IMG/VR virus record: IMGVR_UViG_3300017903_000781
Span: 1-31,152 of that record
DNA length: 31,152 bases
DNA from: a virus
Lineage: Duplodnaviria > Caudoviricetes
Direction: 5' to 3' (one strand)
This document shows positions 23,176 through 31,152 of this stretch, one piece after another (position 1 is the first letter of the stretch; each line of letters begins with the position of its first letter). The notes below the pieces were generated by a model that did not search any database, was not told the DNA's origin, and saw only the letters and a program-made list of their open reading frames with translations. The position numbers and the translations under genes are program-made.

Positions 23176-23792
23176 CAGTAACTCCCATCTGCGTATGCAT
23201 ACGCGGGACGTATTGCGTTGGTGCCTCCTGATAGCTCCTGGTCATCGCTCTGGCTTTGGATCTCTCCGAGAAACTGATTGAACTTGCCCTCGAAGACCTC
23301 AGCCCTGTTGTCCAGGTAGAAGTCCGAGGCAAAAGTCAGGGCTGAGTAAAGTATGAGATCGGGTGCAGCTTTCGCTAAGATGTTCTCGTCGGCGTCGTCT
23401 GACATGGTGTCGAACTCGCCATAGTAAACCAGGGTCAGTGTTCCGCTTGTGGGCTGCGGGTGAAGCAGTAGGTCCGCTTGTTGGCGGGTGAAATAGATAG
23501 GCTTGCCAGTGTATGTGTTAGCAGCATAAGGCCGAAAGTTTGACATAGGCAGCCGGCGCAGCTCTCGATCATCCTGGTACAGCGAGATGAGCTCGATAAA
23601 GTCATTAGGAACGGTTACAGATGCTGTCTGTGAGGTGACGGTATAGTTCCGCACCTTCTCATTCATAGGGGTACGGAGCTGACGTTGAATGCGGGAGATC
23701 CCCTGGTCAATGAACCTGGTCGTCAGGGCTGAGGTGATGTCAGACCTGTTTAGCAGGTCGTTGAAATGCGACTTGAGATCTCCGTAATTCAT
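23175..23792 (-). CDS. Head-tail adaptor protein (205 aa)
   Basis: MNYGDLK..LNRSD, VPNDF, GKPIYF, LHPQP, APDLILY pattern typical of podovirus adaptors; lies between head and fibre genes. Confidence 0.75.
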   Translation of the reverse strand: MNYGDLKSHFNDLLNRSDITSALTTRFIDQGISRIQRQLRTPMNEKVRNYTVTSQTASVTVPNDFIELISLYQDDRELRRLPMSNFRPYAANTYTGKPIYFTRQQADLLLHPQPTSGTLTLVYYGEFDTMSDDADENILAKAAPDLILYSALTFASDFYLDNRAEVFEGKFNQFLGEIQSQSDDQELSGGTNAIRPAYAYADGSY

Positions 23793-23968
23793 TATGCGTA
23801 CCTCTTGGCGCTCTTCTTCTTGGCCGGCTTCTTCGCTGTCTTAGCCGCCTTCTTGAAGGCTTTAGCGGTTGGTGCGCCTTTAGCGCCTGGCTTACGCATC
23901 TTCTCGCCGCTGCCGGCGGCAATCCGTTTACGTTTGGCATGGATGTTTGCGTACAAACCTTTCATCAT
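23792..23968 (-). CDS. Small Lys/Ala-rich basic protein (58 aa)
   Basis: Start revised to ATG 23968 (ATGA overlap, SD AGGAG): MMKGLYANIHAKRKRIAAGSGEKMRKPGAKGAPT... Confidence 0.8.
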   Translation of the reverse strand: MMKGLYANIHAKRKRIAAGSGEKMRKPGAKGAPTAKAFKKAAKTAKKPAKKKSAKRYA

Positions 23969-24213
23969 TTGCTCCTGCGGGATTTGGATCCGCTGCACTT
24001 CCATTTCTTGCGAGACAGACGCAGTGGACTGTTGGGGTCACGTGCGGCCTTAGGGTTCTTCTTCATCTGCCCATTCGAGCGAGCGCAATAGCTATCGCCC
24101 TTCTTGGTACCAGGGGAAATGCTGTAACCCTTGGCTCCGTAACGGACAGTCTTGGTACGACCAGACTTGGTCTTGACCTTCTTCGAGAACTTCTTGGGGC
24201 CGGTGTAAGCCAT
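23965..24213 (-). CDS. Small basic hypothetical protein (82 aa)
   Basis: VRYGAKG...SYCARS.GQ...DPNS.LRLSRKKWKC pattern; packed between neighbours. Confidence 0.8.
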   Translation of the reverse strand: MAYTGPKKFSKKVKTKSGRTKTVRYGAKGYSISPGTKKGDSYCARSNGQMKKNPKAARDPNSPLRLSRKKWKCSGSKSRRSK

Positions 24214-24215
24214 TC

Positions 24216-24527
24216 TCAGACCCTCTTTTCTGTGGTTAGGAATGCATCCAGGTTCTCTGCCTTTAGTCGCTTGACGATCTCAGCAGCGGTTACACCTGGG
24301 CCTAGAATATCGAAGCCCTCTCTCAGCCATTTCTCGACAACGATGACAGGGATCTGAGCGACAGACATGTAGTCACCTTCGCGCTTACCCAGACTTTCGT
24401 TGCGGGTCTCTTTGACGCCGTCCAGGAAGTCCTGAGAGATCTCCTGGGTGTGCTTCAGGACCAGGCCGTCAGCGTCCTCGAGCCAAGCGGCTCGCGAACC
24501 AATCAGGTTCACGTCGTTCTTATCCAT
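24216..24527 (-). CDS. Hypothetical head-module protein (103 aa)
   Basis: SD GAGGAG; VAQIPVIVVEKWLREG pattern; follows the capsid gene. Confidence 0.8.
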   Translation of the reverse strand: MDKNDVNLIGSRAAWLEDADGLVLKHTQEISQDFLDGVKETRNESLGKREGDYMSVAQIPVIVVEKWLREGFDILGPGVTAAEIVKRLKAENLDAFLTTEKRV

Positions 24528-24544
24528 GATGTCTCCTCGAAGTT

Positions 24545-24607
24545 AAAAGGCAGTGGGTGGGCTCTGGCCAAGGAGAGCGAAAAACCAGAGGGCTCCCACC
24601 CACGCCT
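24545..24607 (-). terminator. Long hairpin after the capsid gene with U4 tail and a CUCUCCUU-containing loop (terminator or structured RNA)
   Basis: AGGC-GUGGGUGGG...CUCUGG [loop] CCAGAG-CCCACCCAC-U-GCCU-UUU read on the minus strand. Confidence 0.65.
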
Positions 24608-24620
24608 ATTTCATCCTGCC

Positions 24621-25514
24621 TTACGACAGGCCGTTGATCTGACCGGAAGCGGACGGATGCAGGTGCATCAGGCCACCTTCGTAGACAACGAAGTGGGTGT
24701 CGGCGTCGCCGTTCTTCGCGAGAAGAGTGCGGGACGTCGGACGAAGGACGGCAGAGCGCCACATCGTCGGATCCAGAAGGAACGCATGGGTGCTCATCTG
24801 GACGCGGTTCAGGACAACCTTCAGCTCACCAAAAGGTGTGACAAGAATGTTGACCGCGTTGGTCAGGGTCTTGTTCTCGTCGTTGAAGGTACGCTGACGA
24901 CCGGAGGCACCAGTGAAGCCGGCAACAATAGTTGCGTCTGCTGGCTTGATCATGAAGATCGACGGCTCACCACCTGCCTCATAGACGGCCTGGTGGTTAG
25001 TGTTGATCTTCGCCTCGGTCAGCGCGTCGGTGGCGTTATCGCCGGCATCGGTCGTAACACCAGAGGCGATGAGCTGGGATGCGCTATCCATCTCACGTGC
25101 GACGGACTCCGAACCAGTTACGCCGGCATTGTCTTGCCCGACATAAGCGAATTCGATGTCTTTCTTGAGAGACTTCAGGGCTTTCGAGAGCTGGTATGCG
25201 GTTTCCTTAGCACGGCCATGCGTCTTGATGGCGTCGGCGGTGGCACTGACCTTGAACGTCTTACTCAGGATCTGTGTGTTCCCGGTGATAAGAGTGGTAG
25301 GCGTCAGCGCCGCTGCAGTCGCATCGCTTCCTTCGGCCAACTTATTGTCCGCCGGCGTATCGATGGTGTCGGTCTGATATTCATACACACGCGCATGGAC
25401 CTTCTGGTCGCGGATGGCGGTGTACATCGGGGTGTCCAGGGGAGAGATGTTCTGGATGACGGACTGGACGTCCTCAGCCTTGCCCACCTGGTCATAGGTC
25501 GAATAGAGGCTCAT
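24621..25514 (-). CDS. Major capsid protein (DUF5309/SU10-type, 297 aa)
   Basis: ED..IQNISP.DTP, NTQILSKT..VS.T, ETAYQ..K..K.LKKDIE, TPFGEL.VVLNR; follows the scaffold gene; SD AAGGA. Confidence 0.88.
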   Translation of the reverse strand: MSLYSTYDQVGKAEDVQSVIQNISPLDTPMYTAIRDQKVHARVYEYQTDTIDTPADNKLAEGSDATAAALTPTTLITGNTQILSKTFKVSATADAIKTHGRAKETAYQLSKALKSLKKDIEFAYVGQDNAGVTGSESVAREMDSASQLIASGVTTDAGDNATDALTEAKINTNHQAVYEAGGEPSIFMIKPADATIVAGFTGASGRQRTFNDENKTLTNAVNILVTPFGELKVVLNRVQMSTHAFLLDPTMWRSAVLRPTSRTLLAKNGDADTHFVVYEGGLMHLHPSASGQINGLS

Positions 25515-25548
25515 TGGTTTATTCCTTCTCTGAGCTAGGGTTTACAGT

Positions 25549-26574
25549 TCACTGCTCCCAACGCTTCAGGATTGCGTCTGCGATGTCTTCGCTGTCACGT
25601 GAGTTGCGGAGAGTATCGAGAGCCTTGTCACGCTTGGCTGCAGCTCGTGTTTGAGCGTTGGCCGGCGCTTTCTTGGATCTCAGCACCTTCTTCTTCGCTG
25701 CTGTCTTCTTCTTGACGGTGGCAACACGTTTGCCCTGGTCATAAAGACGGCTTTTGTTCAGGAGTTGGATAACGACAGGATCGACGATTGTATCGACTTG
25801 TTCCTGTGGTAGTCCCTGAGCGACCGCGTAGGATCGAATGTCGTTGTATAGACTGTTCGACCAGTCGGGGATCGCTTCCTGCAGGACCTTAACAGCTTCG
25901 CCGGCAGCGTTTTGCATGGCTGCTTGCTGCTGTTGTTGGAGGTCTTTGTAGAAGGTGTCCGCTTCTTCTTCGATGAACTTCAGGTGGCTTTGTGCCGCCT
26001 GAGCTTCTCTACGAAGCTGTGCAAAGTCCTCCGCATCCATAGTGCGACTTGCAACAAGCATGTCCACTTCTTCATACGGCTTTGCACGTTCTTTGGCATC
26101 TGCGAGCAGACGCTGAAGAACCACATGACTACGATTGGACACGTCTTCGGCGTCCTTACGTTGTTTAGCAAGTTCTTGACTCTTGCGAGTGAGAGAAGCT
26201 TCCTGCCCTGCGAGCCGCTTGAGCTGACCGATGGTGCTCGTATGCGTTTCGCCAGCGACAACAAACTCAACTTCAGTTTCGTCAGTGATATCGACATTGC
26301 TATCAGTATCCTGCTCATCTTCCGTCTCATCGTCCACGTCATCGGCTTCATCCACATCTTCCGAGGCCTCGTCTAACTCTTCGAGCTCTTCAAGTTCAGG
26401 TTCGTCTTCTTCTTCAGTCGGCAGTTCTTCTGCCGTTGCCTCTTCGCTTTCGTCTTGTGATGGCTCCGTTTCAGGAGCGTCTGCAGACCATCTAGCTAGG
26501 ATGGCGTCTTCTACCGGGGTCTGTGTTTCAGGAACCTGGTAGTCCAAGTTCAGCTCTTCCTGCACGTTTTGCAT
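25549..26574 (-). CDS. Capsid scaffolding protein (341 aa)
   Basis: Highly acidic N-terminus, LTRKSQELA coiled coil, basic C-terminal region; position between portal and capsid. Confidence 0.85.
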   Translation of the reverse strand: MQNVQEELNLDYQVPETQTPVEDAILARWSADAPETEPSQDESEEATAEELPTEEEDEPELEELEELDEASEDVDEADDVDDETEDEQDTDSNVDITDETEVEFVVAGETHTSTIGQLKRLAGQEASLTRKSQELAKQRKDAEDVSNRSHVVLQRLLADAKERAKPYEEVDMLVASRTMDAEDFAQLRREAQAAQSHLKFIEEEADTFYKDLQQQQQAAMQNAAGEAVKVLQEAIPDWSNSLYNDIRSYAVAQGLPQEQVDTIVDPVVIQLLNKSRLYDQGKRVATVKKKTAAKKKVLRSKKAPANAQTRAAAKRDKALDTLRNSRDSEDIADAILKRWEQ

Positions 26575-26579
26575 GGTGC

Positions 26580-26852
26580 TCAGCTTTCCTCTTGCTGGTT
26601 GTCAGCAGTCTGACCCTTGGCGACAATCTCGTCTCTCACTGACACTCGCTGCTGTAGAGTGTGGACTAGGTCGATCAAGGCTCTGTAATGGTGGTAAGCC
26701 AGCTCTCGCGCTTCTTTGTCCTCGGGCTTCGAGTTACAGAAGTTGTGGAAAGACTGGTTCACCAGGTCGTTGATGGTTTGGTTAAAAACCTCGCTATCCA
26801 ATAGCGATTTGGCTCCTTCGCCGAGACGAAGAAGTTCATCCTCATTCGCCAT
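26580..26852 (-). CDS. Hypothetical protein (90 aa) between portal and scaffold
   Basis: SD AAGGAG; helical; G..AK.LL....F pattern. Confidence 0.8.
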   Translation of the reverse strand: MANEDELLRLGEGAKSLLDSEVFNQTINDLVNQSFHNFCNSKPEDKEARELAYHHYRALIDLVHTLQQRVSVRDEIVAKGQTADNQQEES

Positions 26853-26880
26853 GAGGCACTCTCCTTAGATTGTGGTGGTG

Positions 26881-28905
26881 TTAGCCTGTGGGGCTGGCGA
26901 TGCCGCGTACATCTGTTGTGCTGCGGCGTAGAACCTCAAGCTCACCCTCATCGATCCGCTGTTTGTGCTGGAACTGGGCTTCTCTGAGATCCTGGTTGTC
27001 AGACTGCAGCGCATGTGACGCTTCAGCCTTGGCTTGCTCGAGCTCAAGCTTCAGACGTGCAATCTCTGCATCGGTCTGAGCTTTCAGCTCGGCAATCTGT
27101 GTTTGACGCTCCTGCAACTCGATCTGCTTTGCAGCCATCTGGATCTGCATCTGCTGACCTTGGTCAGGCTGTGGCGGCGGGAGCTGCTCAGGTGATGTCA
27201 GGTAGTCATCGACGTTAAGGACGCCCTGGTTCTCAAGGACACTCTTCATCATCGCGTAGCGATTAGGTAGCTGATACAGCGGCTGCATCGCCGGATCCTG
27301 ACTGAAGAGCTGGTGCATCGCGAGCATCTTCTGTGCCTCGCGGTCCTGCTCGCCATAGCCCAAGTGCAGCTCGACAGACACATCGCGCTTTTCTTTCCAG
27401 CGTGATGGGTTCACAGCGACGTATGAACCAGCGATGTCCACGATCTTTTCCTGTGTCTCGTTTATCACAGCCAGGCGGTAGGCTTCATGGAACAGCGGCC
27501 GGACGAACTGATTGGCGAAGTTGCGAGCTATCACCTTCTGGCGCTGCTGCGACATGGTCGCGAGCTGCTCCACCAGGGCGGCACTGTTCTGCTTCGAGAC
27601 GGCGTCTTTGTTCATGCCGGTCGTCAGTGAGGAGATACCGCTGTTCTCTTCTGCGTTTTCTTGCAGCTCTTTCAGTGTCTGGAAGATAAAGGGATTGAGC
27701 GGTGCTTGTGGCATCGGTGCAATGGCGTCAGGGCGGGTCACGTTTACGAGACCGCCTACGCGATTATCGATGAGCTCGCGAGGATTGCTGAGACCACCCT
27801 TGGTAACCATATACCGCGGGTTATTGGTGATCATAGCGTGATCGAGGATCGATCGTGTCAGGACGGTCCTGGCGTTTTGTGTGTCGCACAGACGATCAGC
27901 AAAGTTGGCACCATAAAATGAATGAGGTGTCGGCAGCGGCGCGAAAGTAACGAATGGGCGCTTATCTACCGGCTCGCACTCGAGTAGGACACCGCCGGCC
28001 TTCATCACCTTGTAGAGATAGGCAACACCTGTGCCTTCTTTGTCCAGCATGACATAGGCTTCGTGAACCATGACCGACCGGACCTGGTCCTGATAGCCGT
28101 TGTTGTTATAACCACGGTTATCATCAACACCTTCGTAACGTGCCAGGACTTCGGGATCTGTCTGATACTCAGAGTTGTCATCACCGCCGATGTTCTCGAT
28201 CAGCTCTTCGTCATAGCCCATCTCACGCAGCTCGCTGATGGTCATACGGCTACGGTGGGCGCAGAAGGTGCTGTCCTCGAGGGAACGTGCCTGAGCTTCG
28301 ACAATGAATGCCTCAGGCTCTAGCGCCTCAATGCAAACCTTGCTGGCATCGCGCTCGATGGAGATCTCACCGGACAGGAGACCGATGTCGTCGCTTTCGC
28401 TGTCTACCAGCTCGACGTTGTCTTCAGCCAGGAGCATGTCGAGCTCGTCCTGGGTGAGGTTCTCGAAGGTCTGCGTCTCGGTCTCTACCTTGTCCATCCA
28501 GTAGACTTTGGCGACACCAACACGAGCCATGAGGCCATCGTGGATCACACTCTGGAAGACTGAAAAAGCATCGTTCTGCCGGAACAGAATGAAGTTAGTG
28601 TACGCTGAGCAAACCCTGCTTAATTCGACATCTTCTGGCCCCTCTGGGGCAAACTTCACGATATTCGAGCCGGCTGAGAAGGTCTCGAGGAGGCCAGCAG
28701 TCATGGATTGGACGGCATTATAGACGTCCTGGCTCACATAGCGGCTGTTGCCATCGTGGGCCGGCTTGGGCAGCGTGGCGTTGTAGTAGTCCTGGGTCTT
28801 CTGACGCTCACGCGAAAGCTGGCTGTCGTAGTAACCTGTAGAGGTGCGGATGTTGTCATCAACAATCTTAACGATGTCGTCATCGCTCAGTGGTTTGTAA
28901 TCCAT
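26881..28905 (-). CDS. Portal protein (~674 aa, with C-terminal coiled-coil barrel)
   Basis: Start revised to ATG 28905 (TAATG overlap with terL); VSQDV, FAPEGPED, DGL..RVGVAKVYW, PHSFYG; Gln-rich coiled C-terminus. Confidence 0.9.
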   Translation of the reverse strand: MDYKPLSDDDIVKIVDDNIRTSTGYYDSQLSRERQKTQDYYNATLPKPAHDGNSRYVSQDVYNAVQSMTAGLLETFSAGSNIVKFAPEGPEDVELSRVCSAYTNFILFRQNDAFSVFQSVIHDGLMARVGVAKVYWMDKVETETQTFENLTQDELDMLLAEDNVELVDSESDDIGLLSGEISIERDASKVCIEALEPEAFIVEAQARSLEDSTFCAHRSRMTISELREMGYDEELIENIGGDDNSEYQTDPEVLARYEGVDDNRGYNNNGYQDQVRSVMVHEAYVMLDKEGTGVAYLYKVMKAGGVLLECEPVDKRPFVTFAPLPTPHSFYGANFADRLCDTQNARTVLTRSILDHAMITNNPRYMVTKGGLSNPRELIDNRVGGLVNVTRPDAIAPMPQAPLNPFIFQTLKELQENAEENSGISSLTTGMNKDAVSKQNSAALVEQLATMSQQRQKVIARNFANQFVRPLFHEAYRLAVINETQEKIVDIAGSYVAVNPSRWKEKRDVSVELHLGYGEQDREAQKMLAMHQLFSQDPAMQPLYQLPNRYAMMKSVLENQGVLNVDDYLTSPEQLPPPQPDQGQQMQIQMAAKQIELQERQTQIAELKAQTDAEIARLKLELEQAKAEASHALQSDNQDLREAQFQHKQRIDEGELEVLRRSTTDVRGIASPTG

Positions 28906-30476
28906 TACACCATCTCTATGTATAGTTCTTGGGGTACTTCGACTGGTTCCCACGCTCCTTCATGGACGTGATTAGCCAGGGCTAGAGACATGACGGTATC
29001 GTCGAAGCAGGAAGGCTCAGCTTCCATGCTCCCAGATTCGGTGACGATATAGGTCAGCATCTCGCGGATAGTCGTCTTGTCGTTGAGCTCGAGCTCGTTC
29101 TCACGCATCGATGCGCGGAGCTGGTCAATGACAAGCGGCTTGGTCTTCGAGGTTGTAGTAAAGCCGAGCTTTACGGTTTCACGGTCTGTGACTTTGTCTA
29201 CCTGCACCTCTGTGTAGAAGTTGGGGTAGTTGAAGTCCTTAGCCAGCCTAGTGCAGGTCAGGATGCCGTGGCTGTTGTTTTCGACGATTATGTGAGCCTC
29301 GTTGTAGTACTCACCTATCGCGTACAGGATCTCAGCAAAGTAGTCAGGATGCACCTGGCCTCGCCAGGTTGCGACTTGTCTTTTCTTCGAGTCCAGGATC
29401 TGTGCGACCGAGTAGTCGCCGTTCCGGACACCCATAGCCACATCGGCCCCGATAACATAGCGTTCTCCTGGATCATGCTTGCGGTAGGTTGTTAGCTCTC
29501 CACGGAGGTTGTGGACCCACTCGTCACCCTCAAGCGCCAGACGCTCTTCGACGTCACGAGCTTTGTCCAGGCATTCTGTGAGCTGCTCAGGGTTGAAGAC
29601 AGGCCGGCCAGTTGTCAGGAAGGCCTCTTCTGCCTCTGCTGGGTACTCCTGCTTGAAAAGGTCGATACCGTTCTGTGCGATCTTGCGACGCCGGAACATG
29701 AGCTGCTCGTCATCCAGGTCGTACTTGGTGACAAGCTCCTCTTCATCCGGCGTCCGCTCGAAGTTAGCAGGGACTTCTTCGCGGTAGGTTGGATCTGCGA
29801 ACCATGGGATAAACACTGGCACGAATCCGTTTGTTCCCTCTACCGCACCCCGCCATAGATCATAGAAGGTGCCGGTCACACCATTCGCGGTACTCTCAAT
29901 AAATACAGCAGTATTAGGCGTATTCGGGACCGCTTGCACCAGACCATTCCAGATGTCCTGGGCAGAAGATTTAGGCCAGAAGGCCAGCTCGGATGCATGA
30001 ACATGCGTGAGAGTTTCTCCACGACCGACGCTGTCACCGCCAGCCGTTGCGACCACATAGCTGCTGTCAAGAATGTCAAAGCTTAGTTCCCTTCGCGAAG
30101 AGTACTTCGTATGAGGTTTCAGGATCTCAGGGCAGTGCTCATGGTACCGTTTGGTCATGTCAAACAGAGCCCTGGTACTATCGGCATGGTGAGTGATCAC
30201 CATGGCCTTTCGGGCCTTCTGCTGCGACACCGCGAAGTATAGGTAGCCACCCACATACGTGGACAGGCCTTGCTGCCTTGCTTTCAGGATGATGACCCTG
30301 ATTTTGCCGTCTGTCGCGAGTTGTTTCCGCACCGCTTCATCCAGGATCTCCTGGGCAGGATTGAGCGACAAAGGGGAGATGTCGCCGGCCTTGGTACGGA
30401 TAGAAAGTGCTGCTTTTGCGTAGAAAGGAAAGTCGTTGTAGAGACGCTTACGAACTGCTTTTAGCTTCGGATCCAT
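28905..30476 (-). CDS. terL: Terminase large subunit
   Basis: ILKARQQGLST (Walker A), HASELAFW (Walker B), ESTANG, GADVAMG..DYS, VENN, DDTVMSLA. Confidence 0.95.
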   Translation of the reverse strand: MDPKLKAVRKRLYNDFPFYAKAALSIRTKAGDISPLSLNPAQEILDEAVRKQLATDGKIRVIILKARQQGLSTYVGGYLYFAVSQQKARKAMVITHHADSTRALFDMTKRYHEHCPEILKPHTKYSSRRELSFDILDSSYVVATAGGDSVGRGETLTHVHASELAFWPKSSAQDIWNGLVQAVPNTPNTAVFIESTANGVTGTFYDLWRGAVEGTNGFVPVFIPWFADPTYREEVPANFERTPDEEELVTKYDLDDEQLMFRRRKIAQNGIDLFKQEYPAEAEEAFLTTGRPVFNPEQLTECLDKARDVEERLALEGDEWVHNLRGELTTYRKHDPGERYVIGADVAMGVRNGDYSVAQILDSKKRQVATWRGQVHPDYFAEILYAIGEYYNEAHIIVENNSHGILTCTRLAKDFNYPNFYTEVQVDKVTDRETVKLGFTTTSKTKPLVIDQLRASMRENELELNDKTTIREMLTYIVTESGSMEAEPSCFDDTVMSLALANHVHEGAWEPVEVPQELYIEMV

Positions 30477-30939
30477 CTTCTTCGATCAACGACGCAAGGA
30501 AGTCTTCGGCTTTCGACACAGCTACTTCGCTCTTCGATGCCGGCTTCTGCTTTGTGAAGTCCAGGACAAGACGTGCGGCTGCAAGCCGCTCGCGGGTCTC
30601 ACCTGGGACGCGCATGACTTCGACCGCTGTGGTCAACGCCTCTTTCGCGTACTCGTCTTCGATTTCAAACTTCTTTGCCATGATCTCTACTAGCTCCGTT
30701 GCTTCCTTTCTTACTTGTGCCCTGATTGGTTCGATCTGGTGTTTACGAAACCCATCGGGCACTCCCCTTGGTCTACCAGGGTTCTTGCGCTTTTTGCGCG
30801 ACCACTCCTGGCGCAGCCTTCGACCCTCTTCGGTCTGCATGAGGGTCGAGAAATAGTTTTGTTTTGGTGCTTTCTGTGGGCAGGGACCACTACCAGCTCG
30901 AGGTGGAGACTTCTTGCGGGGATGCTTTGGTGCGCCCAT
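30448..30939 (-). CDS. terS: Terminase small subunit (putative)
   Basis: Directly upstream of and overlapping terL; basic N-terminus, GRPRGVPDG, RERLAAARLVLDFTK; SD AGGAG. Confidence 0.7.
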   Translation of the reverse strand: MGAPKHPRKKSPPRAGSGPCPQKAPKQNYFSTLMQTEEGRRLRQEWSRKKRKNPGRPRGVPDGFRKHQIEPIRAQVRKEATELVEIMAKKFEIEDEYAKEALTTAVEVMRVPGETRERLAAARLVLDFTKQKPASKSEVAVSKAEDFLASLIEEDGSEAKSSS

Positions 30940-30948
30940 GTCTCACTC

Positions 30949-31152
30949 CTATGCTGTTAGTGCTCCTGCGCCCATCGAGAGGGCACCTGGATCCATGTCT
31001 TCTTCTTCTTCGCCTTCTGCAATCAGCATGTTGGCAAGGACCATTGCGACGATTGACGCGAATGGCAGTGAGAAGAACTGAATGGTGGGGTTGTCGCGGA
31101 ATGCAATCTGCAACAGACGCGCTGTCTTAGGCATCTCTTGCTTTGCAACTTC
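30949..31152 (-). CDS. C-terminal end of a gene entering from outside the window (possibly a large internal virion protein)
   Basis: Frame is open from 31152 (EVAKQEMPKTARLL...GALTA); no SD before the track's ATG at 31134. Confidence 0.6.
   Translation of the reverse strand, partial: EVAKQEMPKTARLLQIAFRDNPTIQFFSLPFASIVAMVLANMLIAEGEEEEDMDPGALSMGAGALTA

Noticed and set aside
24520-24762. T7 10A/10B-style frameshift extension of the capsid
   Set aside because: No slippery heptamer seen near the capsid stop; the alternative frame only crosses the hairpin and looks non-coding.
24450-25538. 362-aa plus-strand ORF
   Set aside because: Antisense shadow of the capsid gene; no protein-like motifs; expected from codon bias in a GC-rich genome.

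Overview
About 31 kb of a temperate podovirus, probably infecting a marine alphaproteobacterium (inference). All credible genes lie on the minus strand. Reading 31152->1: the 3' end of a gene entering from outside the window, TerS, TerL, portal, scaffold, major capsid, small basic proteins, adaptor, long tail fibre, LamG-like protein, fibre chaperone, and a membrane-protein/holin/endolysin cassette closed by an intrinsic terminator. A compact control region follows (16400-16620) with a candidate phage-RNAP promoter, a sigma70-type promoter and an attP-like 55-bp 3' fragment of tRNA-Arg(TCT) enclosed by an inverted repeat. Next come two small early genes, a tyrosine integrase and a T7-like module: single-subunit RNAP, SSB, endonuclease I, primase-helicase, MazG, PolA, gp5.7-like, exonuclease, DUF3310 and class II RNR. 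After a ~570-bp non-coding region (promoter-motif copy, 9x11-bp array, palindromes) come a short fibre, a nozzle-like protein and the start of an ejection-type protein. Transcription/replication genes are T7-like, but head and packaging genes are not. No repressor is recognisable. The most interesting signal is a possible repressor-less, integration-coupled lysis/lysogeny switch: promoters read across attP, the leader RNA stem can form only in the excised state, and the RNAP gene carries a copy of its own candidate promoter behind a hairpin. Family assignments come from motif recognition by eye; no searches were run.
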